From: Eledone cirrhosa
Lineage: Eukaryota
Assembly (NCBI GenBank): GCA_964016885.1
Contig: OZ024745.1
Coordinates: 57,784,001 to 57,848,000 of the forward strand
Length of the DNA: 64,000 nucleotides
Reading direction: 5' to 3'
In this document: positions 1 to 12,788 of the stretch, piece by piece
Layout of the letters: every line of letters starts with the position of its first letter
Position numbering within the stretch: the stretch's first letter is position 1
Program-made: the position numbers and the translations under genes
The notes under the pieces: generated by a model
What the model saw: the letters and a program-made list of their open reading frames with translations, nothing else
Told to the model about the DNA's origin: nothing
Databases searched by the model: none

Positions 1-590
1 GCTCGCCTTTATATACAAGTAGGAAATGTCTTGATCTAAATTTGGCTTTTTAGATTCATTATGTAAACAGTATTGAACTTAGACATTTTGCTCAATTTCA
101 AAATGAAATATAACAGTTTGTGATTTCACATTATGTTTGCTAACGTTATAGAAATCTCTTTGGGAGGTCCTGAATAAAGTAAAATTTGATGTGAGAAATT
201 ATGTAAAAATGGTGCGATTAAAATTAATATACAATATATCAGCAGCATGATGTGAATAGCATCTGTTCATACTAATTTCAAACAGCCCGTGGTGAAATCA
301 CCTTGGCCGATAGATTGATAATCACCGTTTCATTTATTAATAATTCTGACACGACTCTTTACAACTGTTCCTGCGATAGCACGGTTAAATACATTTCCTG
401 TGTTATTGGATTCAGAGAGAAATCATATTACATAAGTCTGCGTCAGCTTTTGTCGTACACACTCTCTCTTTCTCTCTCTATGTAAATATATATGTGTGTG
501 TGTATATATATATATATATTTATACAAACACCACACAAGTATGTCGTATATATAGTTAAAAGAAGAGAGGTGTAACACACAAGTTATTAT

Positions 591-951
591 ATATTGGTAA
601 ACGGAATAGAAAATGCTGACAAATTGTTCATAGTTGAAAAATAGTTTAATTAGGAATAAAAGAGTATTAGTAATTGTATGGGTTAGTATTCAGTTGTGGT
701 TTTAAGTTTTTTAATTTTTACCGGTTGCGCATTTCTAAATGCTTTTCAAAAATAATTTTGAGATAGAGTGTCCGTGTTGTTTGCTCTGATCTGATTAGTT
801 TTGGGAATTCTACCTGTTTTTATGTTAAAAAAAGTGGCTCCAGCGTTACTTTGGTGTTGCAAAGATTCTTGTGGTCAAAACAATTTTGATTGGTCGGTAG
901 AGGTCATGTGAATGTAAAAAATTGATTTTGCGCCAAGACTGAGAAATGACT
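591..951 (-). repeat. Inverted copy of PLE pseudo-LTR/terminal repeat (reverse complement of ~2594-2943)
   Basis: atattggtaaacggaatagaaaatgctgac...cgccaagactgag is a near-exact reverse complement of cagtcttggcg...ttccgtttaccaatat at the right end of the PLE fragment. Confidence 0.85.
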
Positions 952-963
952 CTTTCACAACAA

Positions 964-966
<3 letters not shown>

Positions 967-1043
<77 letters not shown>

Positions 1044-1136
1044 TAGTAGTAGTAAAGTGTTCGATGTTGTGATAATGGTTAGCAGGGATGTGTGTGCGAA
1101 CCGCAGCCTGTTGACAGTTCAAATGGCTATTAAGAT

Positions 1137-1194
<58 letters not shown>

Positions 1195-1208
1195 GTGTGT
1201 GTGTGTGT
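967..1208. repeat. (TG)n microsatellite tracts (interrupted)
   Basis: Direct observation; source of the CV/TH ORFs. Confidence 0.95.
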
Positions 1209-1689
1209 ATAGCAGAGTAATTCGTGGTAGCAGGACGGTCAGTAGGAATGGAGACACCATACCAAATCACTCAACTACTACGCGGATGCCTCATCGTCAA
1301 ACATAGGGAAAAGATACCACCACCATGATAGATGTAACAACTTCCCCGCTTCAAGGGGACAGCGAGGTAATTACCATTTTCTCAACTCTCGCTTCCACAA
1401 TACACAACAAACCCACACCACACGATACAACCAACAACGGAGGCCACTTATAACACCACAATACAACATGGCACATAGAAACACACACCCATACTCGCAG
1501 TACAGGAACACCCCATTCAATCTACAACCACCAACCCGAACCACATTTTACAACAACAAGGAATATAACAAACACAGGAGACCACTTAACATCAGCAGAC
1601 AACCCCTCTACCCCAACCATTTTTTAGACACAGCACACAGATAGAGGCAAACAAAATAACACAAGACAGGGAGGAGAAACCGATAGTAA

Positions 1690-2350
1690 TAAAAAGTATC
1701 AATCTTACTAGTGCAGAACCAACACCCAACCTTATCAACTTACTCTCCAAAGGTCTTAAATTCACACCGACCCCACTACGTCCTAACTACTATGAAATGA
1801 AGGAAGACATCACAGACTTCTGTAGAAAGTTACGACTTAGTGAACAACTATTCGACCAGTACAATGAGGATGAATCATTAGCCAGAAATAGAAGCAATTA
1901 CACCCCTTCAAAAGGTAGACATAAAATCATGGACAAATTCTGTGAACACATCACAAACTTCCCTAACCAACACTTGCACAGACAAAAACACAAGCCAAAC
2001 CTCAACAAGAAAGAATGGGAAGAATTAAATAGATTAAAAACCGACAGAACCATTACAATTAAAGAGGCTAATAAAGGGAGTACAGTAGTCCTAATGGAGA
2101 CAGAATTCTATATCAACTTAGCGCTCTCCACTTTGGAAAACGAAACATACTACGAAAAGGCTGAACACTACAATCAACAGAAAATTATGAGAAACCTAAA
2201 AACTCTAATCAACCAATACAAAGAAGGACTCACTAACAAGAAATTCACCTTCATCACAGACTTCACAAGTAAATCCAGCCTTTTCTACGGTATCCCTAAA
2301 GTACATAAAAGCGAATTAATAAGTAAGGCATGCAAGGAAGCCACAGACTC
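1690..2350 (+). pseudogene. Penelope-like element RT N-terminal fragment, truncated before the RT catalytic core
   Basis: In frame with ORF 1797-2387: KGLKFTPTP, DFCRKLRL, NLNKKEWEELNRLK, IKEANKGSTVVLM (IKxADKG motif), FYGIPKVHK, all typical PLE N-terminal motifs. Confidence 0.85.
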
Positions 2351-2938
2351 AGTCTTGGCGCAAAATCAATTTTTTACATTCACATGACTTCTACCGACCA
2401 ATCAAAATTGTTTTGACCGCAAGAATTTTTGCCACACCAAGTAGCGCTGGAGCCACTTTTTTAACATAAAAACAGTCTTGGCGCAAAATCAATTTTTTAC
2501 ATTCACATGACCTCTACCGACCAATCAAAATTGTTTTGACCACAAGAATTTTTGCAACACCAAGTAGCGCTGGAGCCACTTTTTTAACATAAAAACAGTC
2601 TTGGCGCAAAATCAATTTTTTACATTCACATGACCTCTACCGACTAATCAAAATTGTTTTGACCACAAGAATTTTTGCAACACCAAAGTAGCGCTGGAGA
2701 CACTTTTTTAACATAAAAACAGGTAGAATTCCCAAAACTAATAAGATCAGAGCAAACAACACGGACACTCTATCTCAAAATTACTTTTGAAAAGCATTTA
2801 GAAATGCGCAACCGGTAAAAACTTAAAAACTTAAAACCACAACTGAATACTAACCCATACAATTACTAATACTCTTTTATTCCTAATTAAACTATTTTTC
2901 AACTGTGAACAATTTGTCAGCATTTTCTATTCCGTTTA

Positions 2939-2943
<5 letters not shown>
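2350..2943 (+). repeat. PLE terminal repeat with 123-bp triplicated 5' segment, ending in (TA)n
   Basis: cagtcttggcgcaaaatc recurs at 2350, 2473 and 2596; the third copy continues to 2943 and runs into (TA)n. Confidence 0.85.
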
Positions 2944-3017
<74 letters not shown>

Positions 3018-3092
3018 GTATATTCACTTTGTTAAAGCTACACAGTGAGTCTTGTAATACAGGAGTTTCGCCTGCTTCTCACTGTGACATCA

Positions 3093-3179
<87 letters not shown>

Positions 3180-3181
<2 letters not shown>

Positions 3182-4110
3182 ATTAAGTATGTGTGTGTGT
3201 CTCTGTGTGCGTGTGTGTCTGTGTGTCTGTGTATTACCTATAGGCGTCTACATCTTACGCCCGACTTTCCTGAAACTTTACAGGCTCATAGATTAGTCAT
3301 CGTGGAGTGTTTTCTATATATCAGCGTATCGTTCTTGTTCATGCCGGAGTCATTCAGAGGATAAAAATCGATAGGGGTGTCACCTTTTTTTAGGTATTGA
3401 AAAATAAGATTTTTGGCTCTAGCTCCCACATTTTGCCACCGATTTCGTTCAAATTGTAAAGCAAAATAGAATTTATCATTGCACCTCCCTTATATGTTGC
3501 ATTTGTTGTTCAGGGACGGCGTGGGAGCTGCTTAAATATTCAAAAATACCACTTTTAGACTCAAATTTCCACTTTTTCGGCTCTAGCTTTAAATAATCAA
3601 CCTACTTTGTTCAAATGTTACACTACGCTAGATCTGATTGTTTCACGTCTTAAAGTGGCTTGACATTTTGGATTCTTTGTTCAGGAACGGCGTGGCAGCC
3701 ACTTAAATATTCGAAAATACCACCTTTTCGACTCTAGCTCCGACATTTTTCAACCGATTTCATTCAAATTCGAAACTTCGGCTCCACCTCACACATAAAT
3801 CAATTTATTTGGTTCAACTTTATACTACGATAGAACCTATCATGGCACATCTTATAGATGGTCAAAGGCAAAACGATGGCCACAGACGTCGTCTGAGATT
3901 TTAGTTGTGTGTTTTGGGAATTCATCGGTTTCCAATCAAGTAGCGTGAGGAAATTTGGCTTAGTGTTAGAGGTCATTACCTCTCTCCCCCAGCATGCCCT
4001 TTCGTCAGTCACCCGCGTTTCTCAGTGATAGAGGTCATCACCACCCTCACCCGCATGGCCTGTCTGTGGCCATAGATGAGTCATCGAGAAGCAGTCGCTA
4101 AGATCAACAC
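3180..4110 (+). mobile_element. Probable non-autonomous Helitron-like element (degenerate)
   Basis: (TA)n-AA-(TG/TCTG)n head, then 'ccgactttcctgaaacttt' and repeated 'ccgatttc(g/a)ttcaaatt' subunits; same layout as the 28.4-29.1 kb element, but no clear CTAG end. Confidence 0.4.
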
Positions 4111-4136
4111 CTTTTCATCAAAGCATATATTATTTT

Positions 4137-4201
<65 letters not shown>

Positions 4202-5699
4202 TGTGCGTGTGTTATATTCATGTTCGAGTCTATGTGCGTCCGCCATCTGTATTTGGCATTGTGTTTATGCGTCTGAGTATGTGTAGACATTTATATATGT
4301 ATCTGCGTGTGTGTGGGCGTTTTTTTCTGCATCGTATATGTCTGATGTAATCATCTATTTGTAGGACAATATATCTGTGGTCATTTTACATGATTTTACT
4401 TTCAAATTCAGAGTGCAACCCCAGGTCATGGGTGGCGGGTTGGTATTTCAACGTTTCTGAATGAGAAAATAAATACCAAAGTGTAAAATTTATATTCGAC
4501 ATTAGTGCAAATTAGAAACCCCCTACATGTTAATTCCAATCACATCCTGAAGCAATATTGCAAAGGCACAGCAGTCGTGACAGGCTCATATTTCATTTTA
4601 ATTATTCTTCCATCTCTTTGTATCACTTTCAATGAGCTCATGCCGGTATGATGACATGTGCTCGGCTTTAGAACTAGATTTTAATGGATCATGATTACTT
4701 CATCAAGGATGTCCGTTATATATGTATATATATATACCATATCCCACTGTATAATACGTTTAAGCTGACCTGTAAAACGTATATCAAATTTTCTGTTCTA
4801 TCCGTTATAAACCTTCAGGCCACACGTAACGTGAAAGTTTCCATATTCTAATTATATAATTATTCTTTCCAACTTGTTTTTTTTTTTTTTAAAAGCAACC
4901 ATATCATTAAATCAATCCTAACTTCCTTTAGGTAACAATCATTTTGTTTTTATTACACTCGCATTTCGACTTTCTTTGCACAACTCGAAAACACGTTCCG
5001 CAAAATCACAGTTCCATATAAATAACTCTTCCAGAAAGCGTATCTTCTTTAATTGAATTCGCGCACGGCTACAGAAAATAAAAATGTTTGTTGATAACAA
5101 TCTATGTAAAAGACATTTATGTAAATTGTATGTAGTGAAAATGCATTATTTTATTGAAATTAAGAAGTTCGGGGAATGTTTCCCCTCAATGCATTCCTTG
5201 ATTCTTTGAATGAATTCGTTGCAAAACCTTTCCTATTTAACATTGGTGTTTGTTAATTCTATTTTTCTCATTGTAAGATTTACTTCGTTTTTAAATAATT
5301 GGAATATCTCTGGAGCTTCATATCTTAAAATCTGGATGAATAAATTCTACAAAATACAAGAGGATGTGTGAAAATACACATTCGGTTTTGTTTTCCATAG
5401 AAACCATGTCCAGAATTCTTCGTATCCTCAATACTTGCAAACTTTTTCTGAAGCTCTTGAGGCAATATTAGAATAATGAACAACAAAATAATAATGTGTG
5501 CGAATTTTATAATATGTGAACGAGTAAGTGGTTATAGAATTCCAATGGTTGTAGAGCAAAGAAGATTTTCCAAATATGGTATTCTAAAATTGGAATATCT
5601 ACTATATAAATATATATATATCGTTGTCGTGGAGTTCACGTTTTGAAATGCAAGGCTCCATAGCATGCTCGAGGACACGGAGAAAATCGTGTGATGGCC

Positions 5700-6445
5700 T
5701 ACGCTGAGTACTGAAAAATATTGGGATTCTGGGAAGCAAAGAAATGTGTATTAGTCAGAGAAATAACTGGACATTGCTAGGACAATTGGAAATAATTCCA
5801 CTCAACAAATCTGAATGAGTGTTAGAAACCAGAGGAAAAATAAATTATATGATAGGAGGTAATAAAAAGAAATGTTACGGCAGTACAGCAGGTAGAGCAA
5901 GAGCAAATAACAACGTAAAAAGGTGCACTTATGAGATGTCTCAGTTGGAATGCCATTTGGATAAGGCCTATCGGTTGAGCTTAATCATCAGATGTGTCTC
6001 TGACCTGCCCTCAAATGAAAACATAGTGAACAGAGAGAGATAGCTCTGAGTGCGAAATATGACGGAGCAGACAAAAAGTGGAATATATCCTCAGCTCATG
6101 TGAAATAGCGGAGTCTACTATTTAAGCTACGGCGGCCAGCTGCATATTATGGCAAGGAACAGCGATGCAATCCGTGCAGTGGAAGAGTAAATGACTAGGA
6201 CAGCACAGCAGGTGTCCTTGAAACAAAATATTGCATGCAGATATCGTTAGAAAATGTGGCTTCATGGCAAACATGTTATATTTCCGTTCATCAAAGGAGC
6301 AGTTTGATTGAACTATGTGTCGATTGGAAAAAACACATAATTACAAGGCCAACATGTCTGCCAGTTTAGTAAACAACCCGAGGAAAGACGAACTACAGGC
6401 CTAATTTGTCGCCATAGCATTTGAAGCAAGAGGGTTTGTACGTAA
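5700..6445 (+). pseudogene. Decayed RLE-type non-LTR retrotransposon C-terminus (HERO/NeSL-like)
   Basis: RLSLIIRCVSDLPSNENIV resembles RISFLIRxxYDxLPSxxNL; downstream ADIV...LIELCVDW...AFEARGFV resembles the PD..IELTVPWE..EVGARGFV restriction-like endonuclease; multiple frameshifts. Confidence 0.55.
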
Positions 6446-8023
6446 ATATGTCTGAAGTATATATTTATTTGAGTGTGTGTACCTGTGTCTGTTTTATGTG
6501 CCTGTATGTGTGTGTGTGTATGTGTGCATGTGTGTGTGGGTATATGTGCGCGTGAGTGTAAATATATACAAGCTTACACTCAGCGAGAGGCGAATTCATA
6601 TGGATATAGTTTTGTGTTTATCCATTTACCTTTGGTAGCTATTCGTTGGAATTTAATGTTTGCCAGCTTATAGTAAATTAATCCTTCCTACTTCAGAGTT
6701 TATTTCAATTATCTAACAGAGATATAATAATAAGAATTTCGGAAATACTATTACAGATATGAAGATCCTTAGGATCATGAATCTAATATTGAATCGGTTT
6801 AAAGCATAGAACAGTAGTCGCGATGTCATTTATGAGACACTCTCCTTTGCTAATTAGAATGCAAACCTTGTTTCTATAATTGCATAAAACTTCATTAAGT
6901 TTCTCATGTAGTATTTCATATATAGCATTTATTATTATTTTATCTTTGATTAATTTTTCCATAAACTGGATATAGTGTGTGTGTCTCAGCTCGGAAAATT
7001 GAATATCTATTATGAATCGATAAAAATGGTACTCCTCCCCTAAAATATCCAACCTCCTACAAGCTGCAGTCCGGGTTCCATGGCGTCAGGAAACATCTGA
7101 AACTACTCGGTTTTCTGAATTTAAAATTTCAAGTGATTCTTTATGTAAACCTATATTTTTTCACCTATATTATAATCAATGTAAGCATATGAACACATAT
7201 ATGATGGGTTTCCTTATTTTATCATTATTATTGATCCAGGTATAGTTGATGAGCTTCTAATGAGTAAAGAGTGTCAAGTAATTTGTAGTTGCAAGTGATA
7301 ACTTCCTATTCCGTTATGCAATACATCTTAACGCTGCATTGCCGAATAGTGGAGCAAGTTGCTTCACAGAAATTAGGTCATGGATTTATTCTGGTTGATC
7401 GGTATCTTAGAAAAATATCTTTCAAAATAGAGTAGGGTTCACCAAAGCATTGTTGTGAAATGGTAGCTGGAAATTGAGCCGGAACCATTCATGGAAAGAG
7501 GCAGTTTTTGAGATTCACTGAGTCACACAGAGTCTTCTTGAGAACTTCATAATAGGTGCAGTGTCTATAAAATGTTCAGCTACATATACGTTAAGTTATC
7601 CCTATTTTTTTTCGAAGATAAAACAATGAAAATAAATATTTCTAAAACTAATAGAGGACCATTCCATGCGAAAAATTTACATCAAATTATCCATGGATAT
7701 TTATTTGTTGACGCCAACATATAATTGTATTTCTATTCATGATTCTTTATTGCAATTCATTTATATCTACCACTTATAAATTTGGGTACTTCTCAATTTT
7801 CACATCAGTTTTAAAAACTTATGTTCGTTTTATGTGCATATATCCCGAGGCATGTTTATATTTAAAATGTTGATAAATTTAAATAGCAGTTATCTTGGTT
7901 ATTTTTTTCCACTTCTAACATGATTGGAAAGCATTGTAACTAGATAGAATTTCTGGAGGATTCAATCAAACAAGACAAGTGTGCTAATGGTTATATATAT
8001 ATATATATATATGGTTGTGAGTG

Positions 8024-8060
<37 letters not shown>

Positions 8061-9451
8061 GTGTGTATGTATGTGTGTGTGTGTGTGATTGCACATAAAT
8101 ATATGTATATACGTGTACGTATCTATGTACGTGATGTATATGTTTGTGAATGTATGTGCATATGATTATGTTATTTGTTTGTAATTTCAAACCTCTTTTA
8201 TCTTTTGCTTTCGAACCTCTTTGAATTTCAATATCTAATGAATACATCCAAATATAATGCAATCAGTAAATGTTAACAACGATGGTCGTTAAACTGACAG
8301 CTTATAGATTCTTGATTATCAGCAGAAATATAATGCATATTTACCTATTTGAAGGCGAAAACAGAAAAATAGAAAGACGAAAGTTAGGATTTAGGTAGTT
8401 GACTGTCAAAAATAGAAAACAAAAAATTGAGTAATATTGAGTAGAAAGCCTAAAATGTTTCCCAGATACGAGAAATGTGTGAAAGCTAGTTTAATGAAAA
8501 TATTCTCAGATTTTATCCGAAATAACTACGGTTTCGATCCGAAGATCTCTACTGAATTGTTCTATAAATATGTAATGTCTATAGATTCATCATTTACAGA
8601 ATAAGAAGGATCTTCACAACTGGAGGTTTAGGTAGTTTCTGTCAGTGTAACCAGTTTAACAAGTGAAGATATATTTATTTTTTTCGGAAACTCCACCGGT
8701 ATATTGCACGTTACTAAGATTCATAGACTCGAGTAACAGAAACCGATTATTAATATCATATATATATACAGAGGGAGAGAGGGGGATGTGTGTGTGTGTA
8801 TTATATATGTATCTTATGTGATCGAGATAAATATATAACCGATTGCATTTGCATGGTCGCACTTCAAATATAAATTTCTCTACCTATATTTACAGTGTAA
8901 TTATAAACATTACCTTGTTAAACAATTAAACGTTATAGCTCTAAATTTCTAAAACATCATTTGCCAACAACTTTTGATCTAACGGAATAACTACAACCAT
9001 TATCAAGTATTCAAGCATTCTATGAAACCTTTCAAGCCCTTCAGCAAATGGATCGGATAGATATGTTATTTATTTCCGGGAGATTTCCTTTTATGGTCTC
9101 TTTTTTTTTTCCTTTTTCAGATCTTTATGTTTTCCTTAATGATACATTTGCTTTCTCATAGTTGCTGTTGGCGTGTTTTCCTTCTTCAGATTCATTTCCA
9201 ACAATCTATATATTTTTACAATTCTCTCAATACATACTCACTTTAGATATATTGTACACAATATCAACTAGTGCCTAAGGCGAAAGTTAATCGAATAAAC
9301 GGCGTTCTTTCAAACGCATGCTAGCACCAATCACAAATATATATACAAATGCCTACACGCACAGATACAGAAGCACAAACACATAAATACTTAAATGTGT
9401 GTGTGTATTCATATACATACTTACACACACCACACAAACACACATACACAC

Positions 9452-9522
<71 letters not shown>

Positions 9523-9589
9523 TAAATATTCATATAATATATTTACACAGAGCGAGAGAATGTAAAGTTAAATGCCACCTTCGATCATG

Positions 9590-9880
9590 AATGACGGTGT
9601 GTTTTGCAGCTAGAAATTTCCCTTCCGTGGAACAAGCCCGGGAAAGGTCTTTTTGATGAAGAACCATAGTCGCGAATGCATATCAGCCTGCCCTCTCAAC
9701 TCAAGTGATGTTGACCAGGGGAAAGGCAAACTTGATTCCAGTGACGCCCCTCCCTATCTCTACATTTGAGCGTAATAGAGCCATATGAAATAAAGGACAC
9801 AACTCATACCTTCGGTCCAAGAATCGACACGCAGCCTCACGTTTGGGAAACCAACTCTCTAACCTAGAAGCATCGTGACT
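9590..9880 (-). mobile_element. Degenerate tRNA-derived SINE (second family)
   Basis: Minus strand has a B-box-like gtcgattcttggaccg followed by gagttgtgtcctt (CORE-like central segment). Confidence 0.5.
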
Positions 9881-11545
9881 TCACACACACACACGTCCAC
9901 ACAAACACGACATACACACACATATGGAGGGCCATCTACCTTACCACTGCTGCTAGCTTGGGTGGATGTCGGGTTAACTATCACGTTATATCTGAAGACG
10001 GAAAAAGAGATACGATATGACATTAGCTTAAAGTTTAATTACATCATCCGGGGAGTGTGTGTGAATATTTCAGATGCAGAGTATCTAGTATGTCCGGCGT
10101 AGGCCGGTGGACTGAGTCGTTCGAATCCAGAATAGACACTACAGCATAAAAGACACCCTCGATTAATTTGCCGTTGATTAATTAGTGTCGTACTTTGGTA
10201 TCTGGCTGTTGCACGTTATTGCATGTGGACAAGTGACGAGACCAGAGTCTTGTTGAAGAGGTGTGTTAACGAAATGATGTTTAGTCTGACCACTATTGCG
10301 AGGTATGTGACCGAGTCCCCACCAACCTTCGGGCTTCTGGGGGGGGCTTTAAAATTGAACAGCTGCATCTACTCTTCCTGAAAAGTTGTTATTACACACC
10401 TGGTCGATGGTTGACACTAATGATTCAGCTGTTAGAAACTGACCGGCTTTCAGAATACTGATGACCAATCACCTCTACTATTTCAGATAGAATATCGTTG
10501 TGAAAACTTTGTCCAGATCAAACGGACTTAAATCCCTGCTGTGTTGAGCTTTTTCTATTTAAGATGAGTCCACTTGAATGTTCGTCTATGAATGAAGTTT
10601 GAGCGTGGACAACGTTCAGATTCATAGTTTTCTTGCTGAAAAAGAAATAATGTAAAAGATAAAAAGTTAACATCTAAGAAAATAAATATTTCAAATAGAC
10701 TTTTATTATGCAATTCTCTATTATAATGCTATCAGCATCACGAAATAAATTTCAAATATATCGTTTCAAGATGCGACGTAATAATATTAAGATTATGGAA
10801 TGTATTTTCCTCTGCAGTTTGTATCAAGTAGTAATGTAATTACAAATTATTTTCATTACCTTTTAATTGCTGGAAATGTAGAAACGTATAACTTACATTT
10901 CAAGAATATATTAGGTTAAACACCTTTGAAATCTTTACGTAATGTAATTGAAAATAATGTAATTATTTATTTGTTTAAAACACATATAAATCATAATTGC
11001 TGAATTAATTCATAACTGAAACAAAACCCCCACATTATGAAAATTATTACACAGTCACCATTCTTACAAATAAAATAATCTGTAATCAACGCATCTAATC
11101 ACGGGACAACATTGAAAATACAGCACACTGGAGCAATATATATACATATATATATAATGAAATATATAGAGAATAGAAATGGCTGTGTAGTTGCTATTTA
11201 AAGTAACTTAAAATGCAATGGGAATACGAAGAAAGCAAGAACGGTGAGGGGGAGTTCCTCATCAGTTTTCTACTGGGGGTCTCAGATATTTCTAAGCTTT
11301 AAAGACAAGATACCACTTCACCCCAGGGCGTCAATAACTGGATAAGTTATTGGGAAAACGAAGGAAGGAGGGAAGAAAAGCAAAGGGGAAGAAAGGAGAG
11401 AACAGTAACAAAACAGCGAAAAGAACAACAAACCGAGCAATGTGCGAGCAGCTATAGGTAGGAAATCCAAGACCACTCGATAAGAGAACTTAAGTTCAAG
11501 ACAGAGTAGTTGAGAGGAACAATACAGACGTCCGATCGCCGCAGT

Positions 11546-11576
<31 letters not shown>

Positions 11577-11580
<4 letters not shown>

Positions 11581-12517
11581 ATACTTGGGGAGGGTCATAT
11601 TTGCGTAATATTGCCAGAATTAATAACAGAACACACTCACTGTTTGGTTCGTTTTCGCTTCTCGCTGTCTTTTATATCTGCGATCTAACTTACTCGGTCC
11701 TCAATGTTGCCATTGACTGACCGACGGTCAAAAATAATACAGATACAATATAGACACAAACACATATATATAGTTTACATAATTTACATAAATCTTTCGT
11801 TGCACATCTGCAACATCGTCAGTGGTGTTATATTCTTTGTTCCTCCTGTTGTGTTGTATGTCTACGCCATTTTTTATTCAGTCTGTCTATATATTTATTT
11901 ATTTATTTGCTTGTTTGTTTATCTTATTTTATTTTGTCTTCTTTGCGCATGCGTTTGCGTGTGTGTATAGTGTTGTGTCTGCTGGGTGACTAGTGTGTGT
12001 TTATGTGCTTGTTGTTATTGTGCATGTGTATGTATTTATTTATCTTATTTTATTTTATTTTATTTTATTTTATTTACTTATTTATACTTCTCTTAGGTCA
12101 GTGTTGTTTGTTTGGGTGTTGTTGTTGTTCCACTCATTCTTTCTGTTTAGCTTTGGTCTTCTAATTTCTATTTCACTGGCCTCTCTGATTTGCCTATCTG
12201 CTAGGTCATTCCTATGTTTAGATATTATTCTAATTTATATGTTGTCTATGTTACCGTCATGTTGTTGTCTAGCATGTTCGTATAGTACTGACCCGTTTTT
12301 TCGTCCTTTTAGTTCGCCCCAGTGTTGGTCTATCCTTTCACCTATGCTACGAGCTGTCTCACCTATGTATGTTGTTGTCATGTTTCTGCAAGTACCCTCT
12401 GTACATCTTATGCTATAGACTACGTTTCTAGTTTTACAGTTTATCCGGGGGTTCACCTTACATATGATACATTTCCTATTGGTACAGTGGGTTTTCTTAA
12501 AAGGGTAGGTTTTGCTG
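11577..12517 (-). mobile_element. PLE 3' fragment: GIY-YIG endonuclease plus 3' UTR/pLTR, bounded by (TA)n
   Basis: Minus strand HCTNRKCIICK..INCKTRNVVYSIRC...YIGETARSIGERIDQH...LYEHARQQH is a PLE-type GIY-YIG domain. Confidence 0.85.
11795..11822 (-). ncRNA. Partial hammerhead core in PLE 3' region
   Basis: Minus strand CTGACGA-t-gttgca-gatg-tgcaac-GAAA with perfect 6-bp stem II; stems I and III not convincingly paired. Confidence 0.45.
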
Positions 12518-12534
12518 ATATATATATATTTGAA

Positions 12535-12752
12535 TGTATGTATGTATTAAAACAGTTATGTATCAACATTTGTATATCTTACCGCAGTCAATTATCGAAC
12601 TAACCACAATAGTTTCGAAGTCATGGAATGGGCTTTATATAAAGCCAATTCCCTGACTTCGAAACAATTGTGATTAGTTCGACAATTGATCTACAGACTG
12701 CGGTAAGATATCATACACATGTTGATACATAACTGTTTTAATACATACATAC
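12535..12752. mobile_element. Palindromic element centred on an HHR stem-II-like hairpin
   Basis: Imperfect ~105-bp arms around ggctttatataaagcc (12631-12646); right arm reads tgacttc-GAAA-caattg-tg (palindromic stem III). Confidence 0.7.
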
Positions 12753-12788
12753 ATAGATACATACATACATACATACATACATACATAC

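Noticed and set aside
2350-2720. Regularly spaced repeats (123 bp; also 83 bp at 37.3 kb) as a CRISPR array
   Set aside because: Contiguous tandem units without unique spacers; eukaryotic context
11250-11270. Minus-strand CTGATGA with a short ggaac/gttct stem
   Set aside because: No GAAA or stem III follows; same problem for TTGATGA-gggct..agccc near 49372 and CTGATGA at 40641; the 10458 motif has GAAA but poor stems
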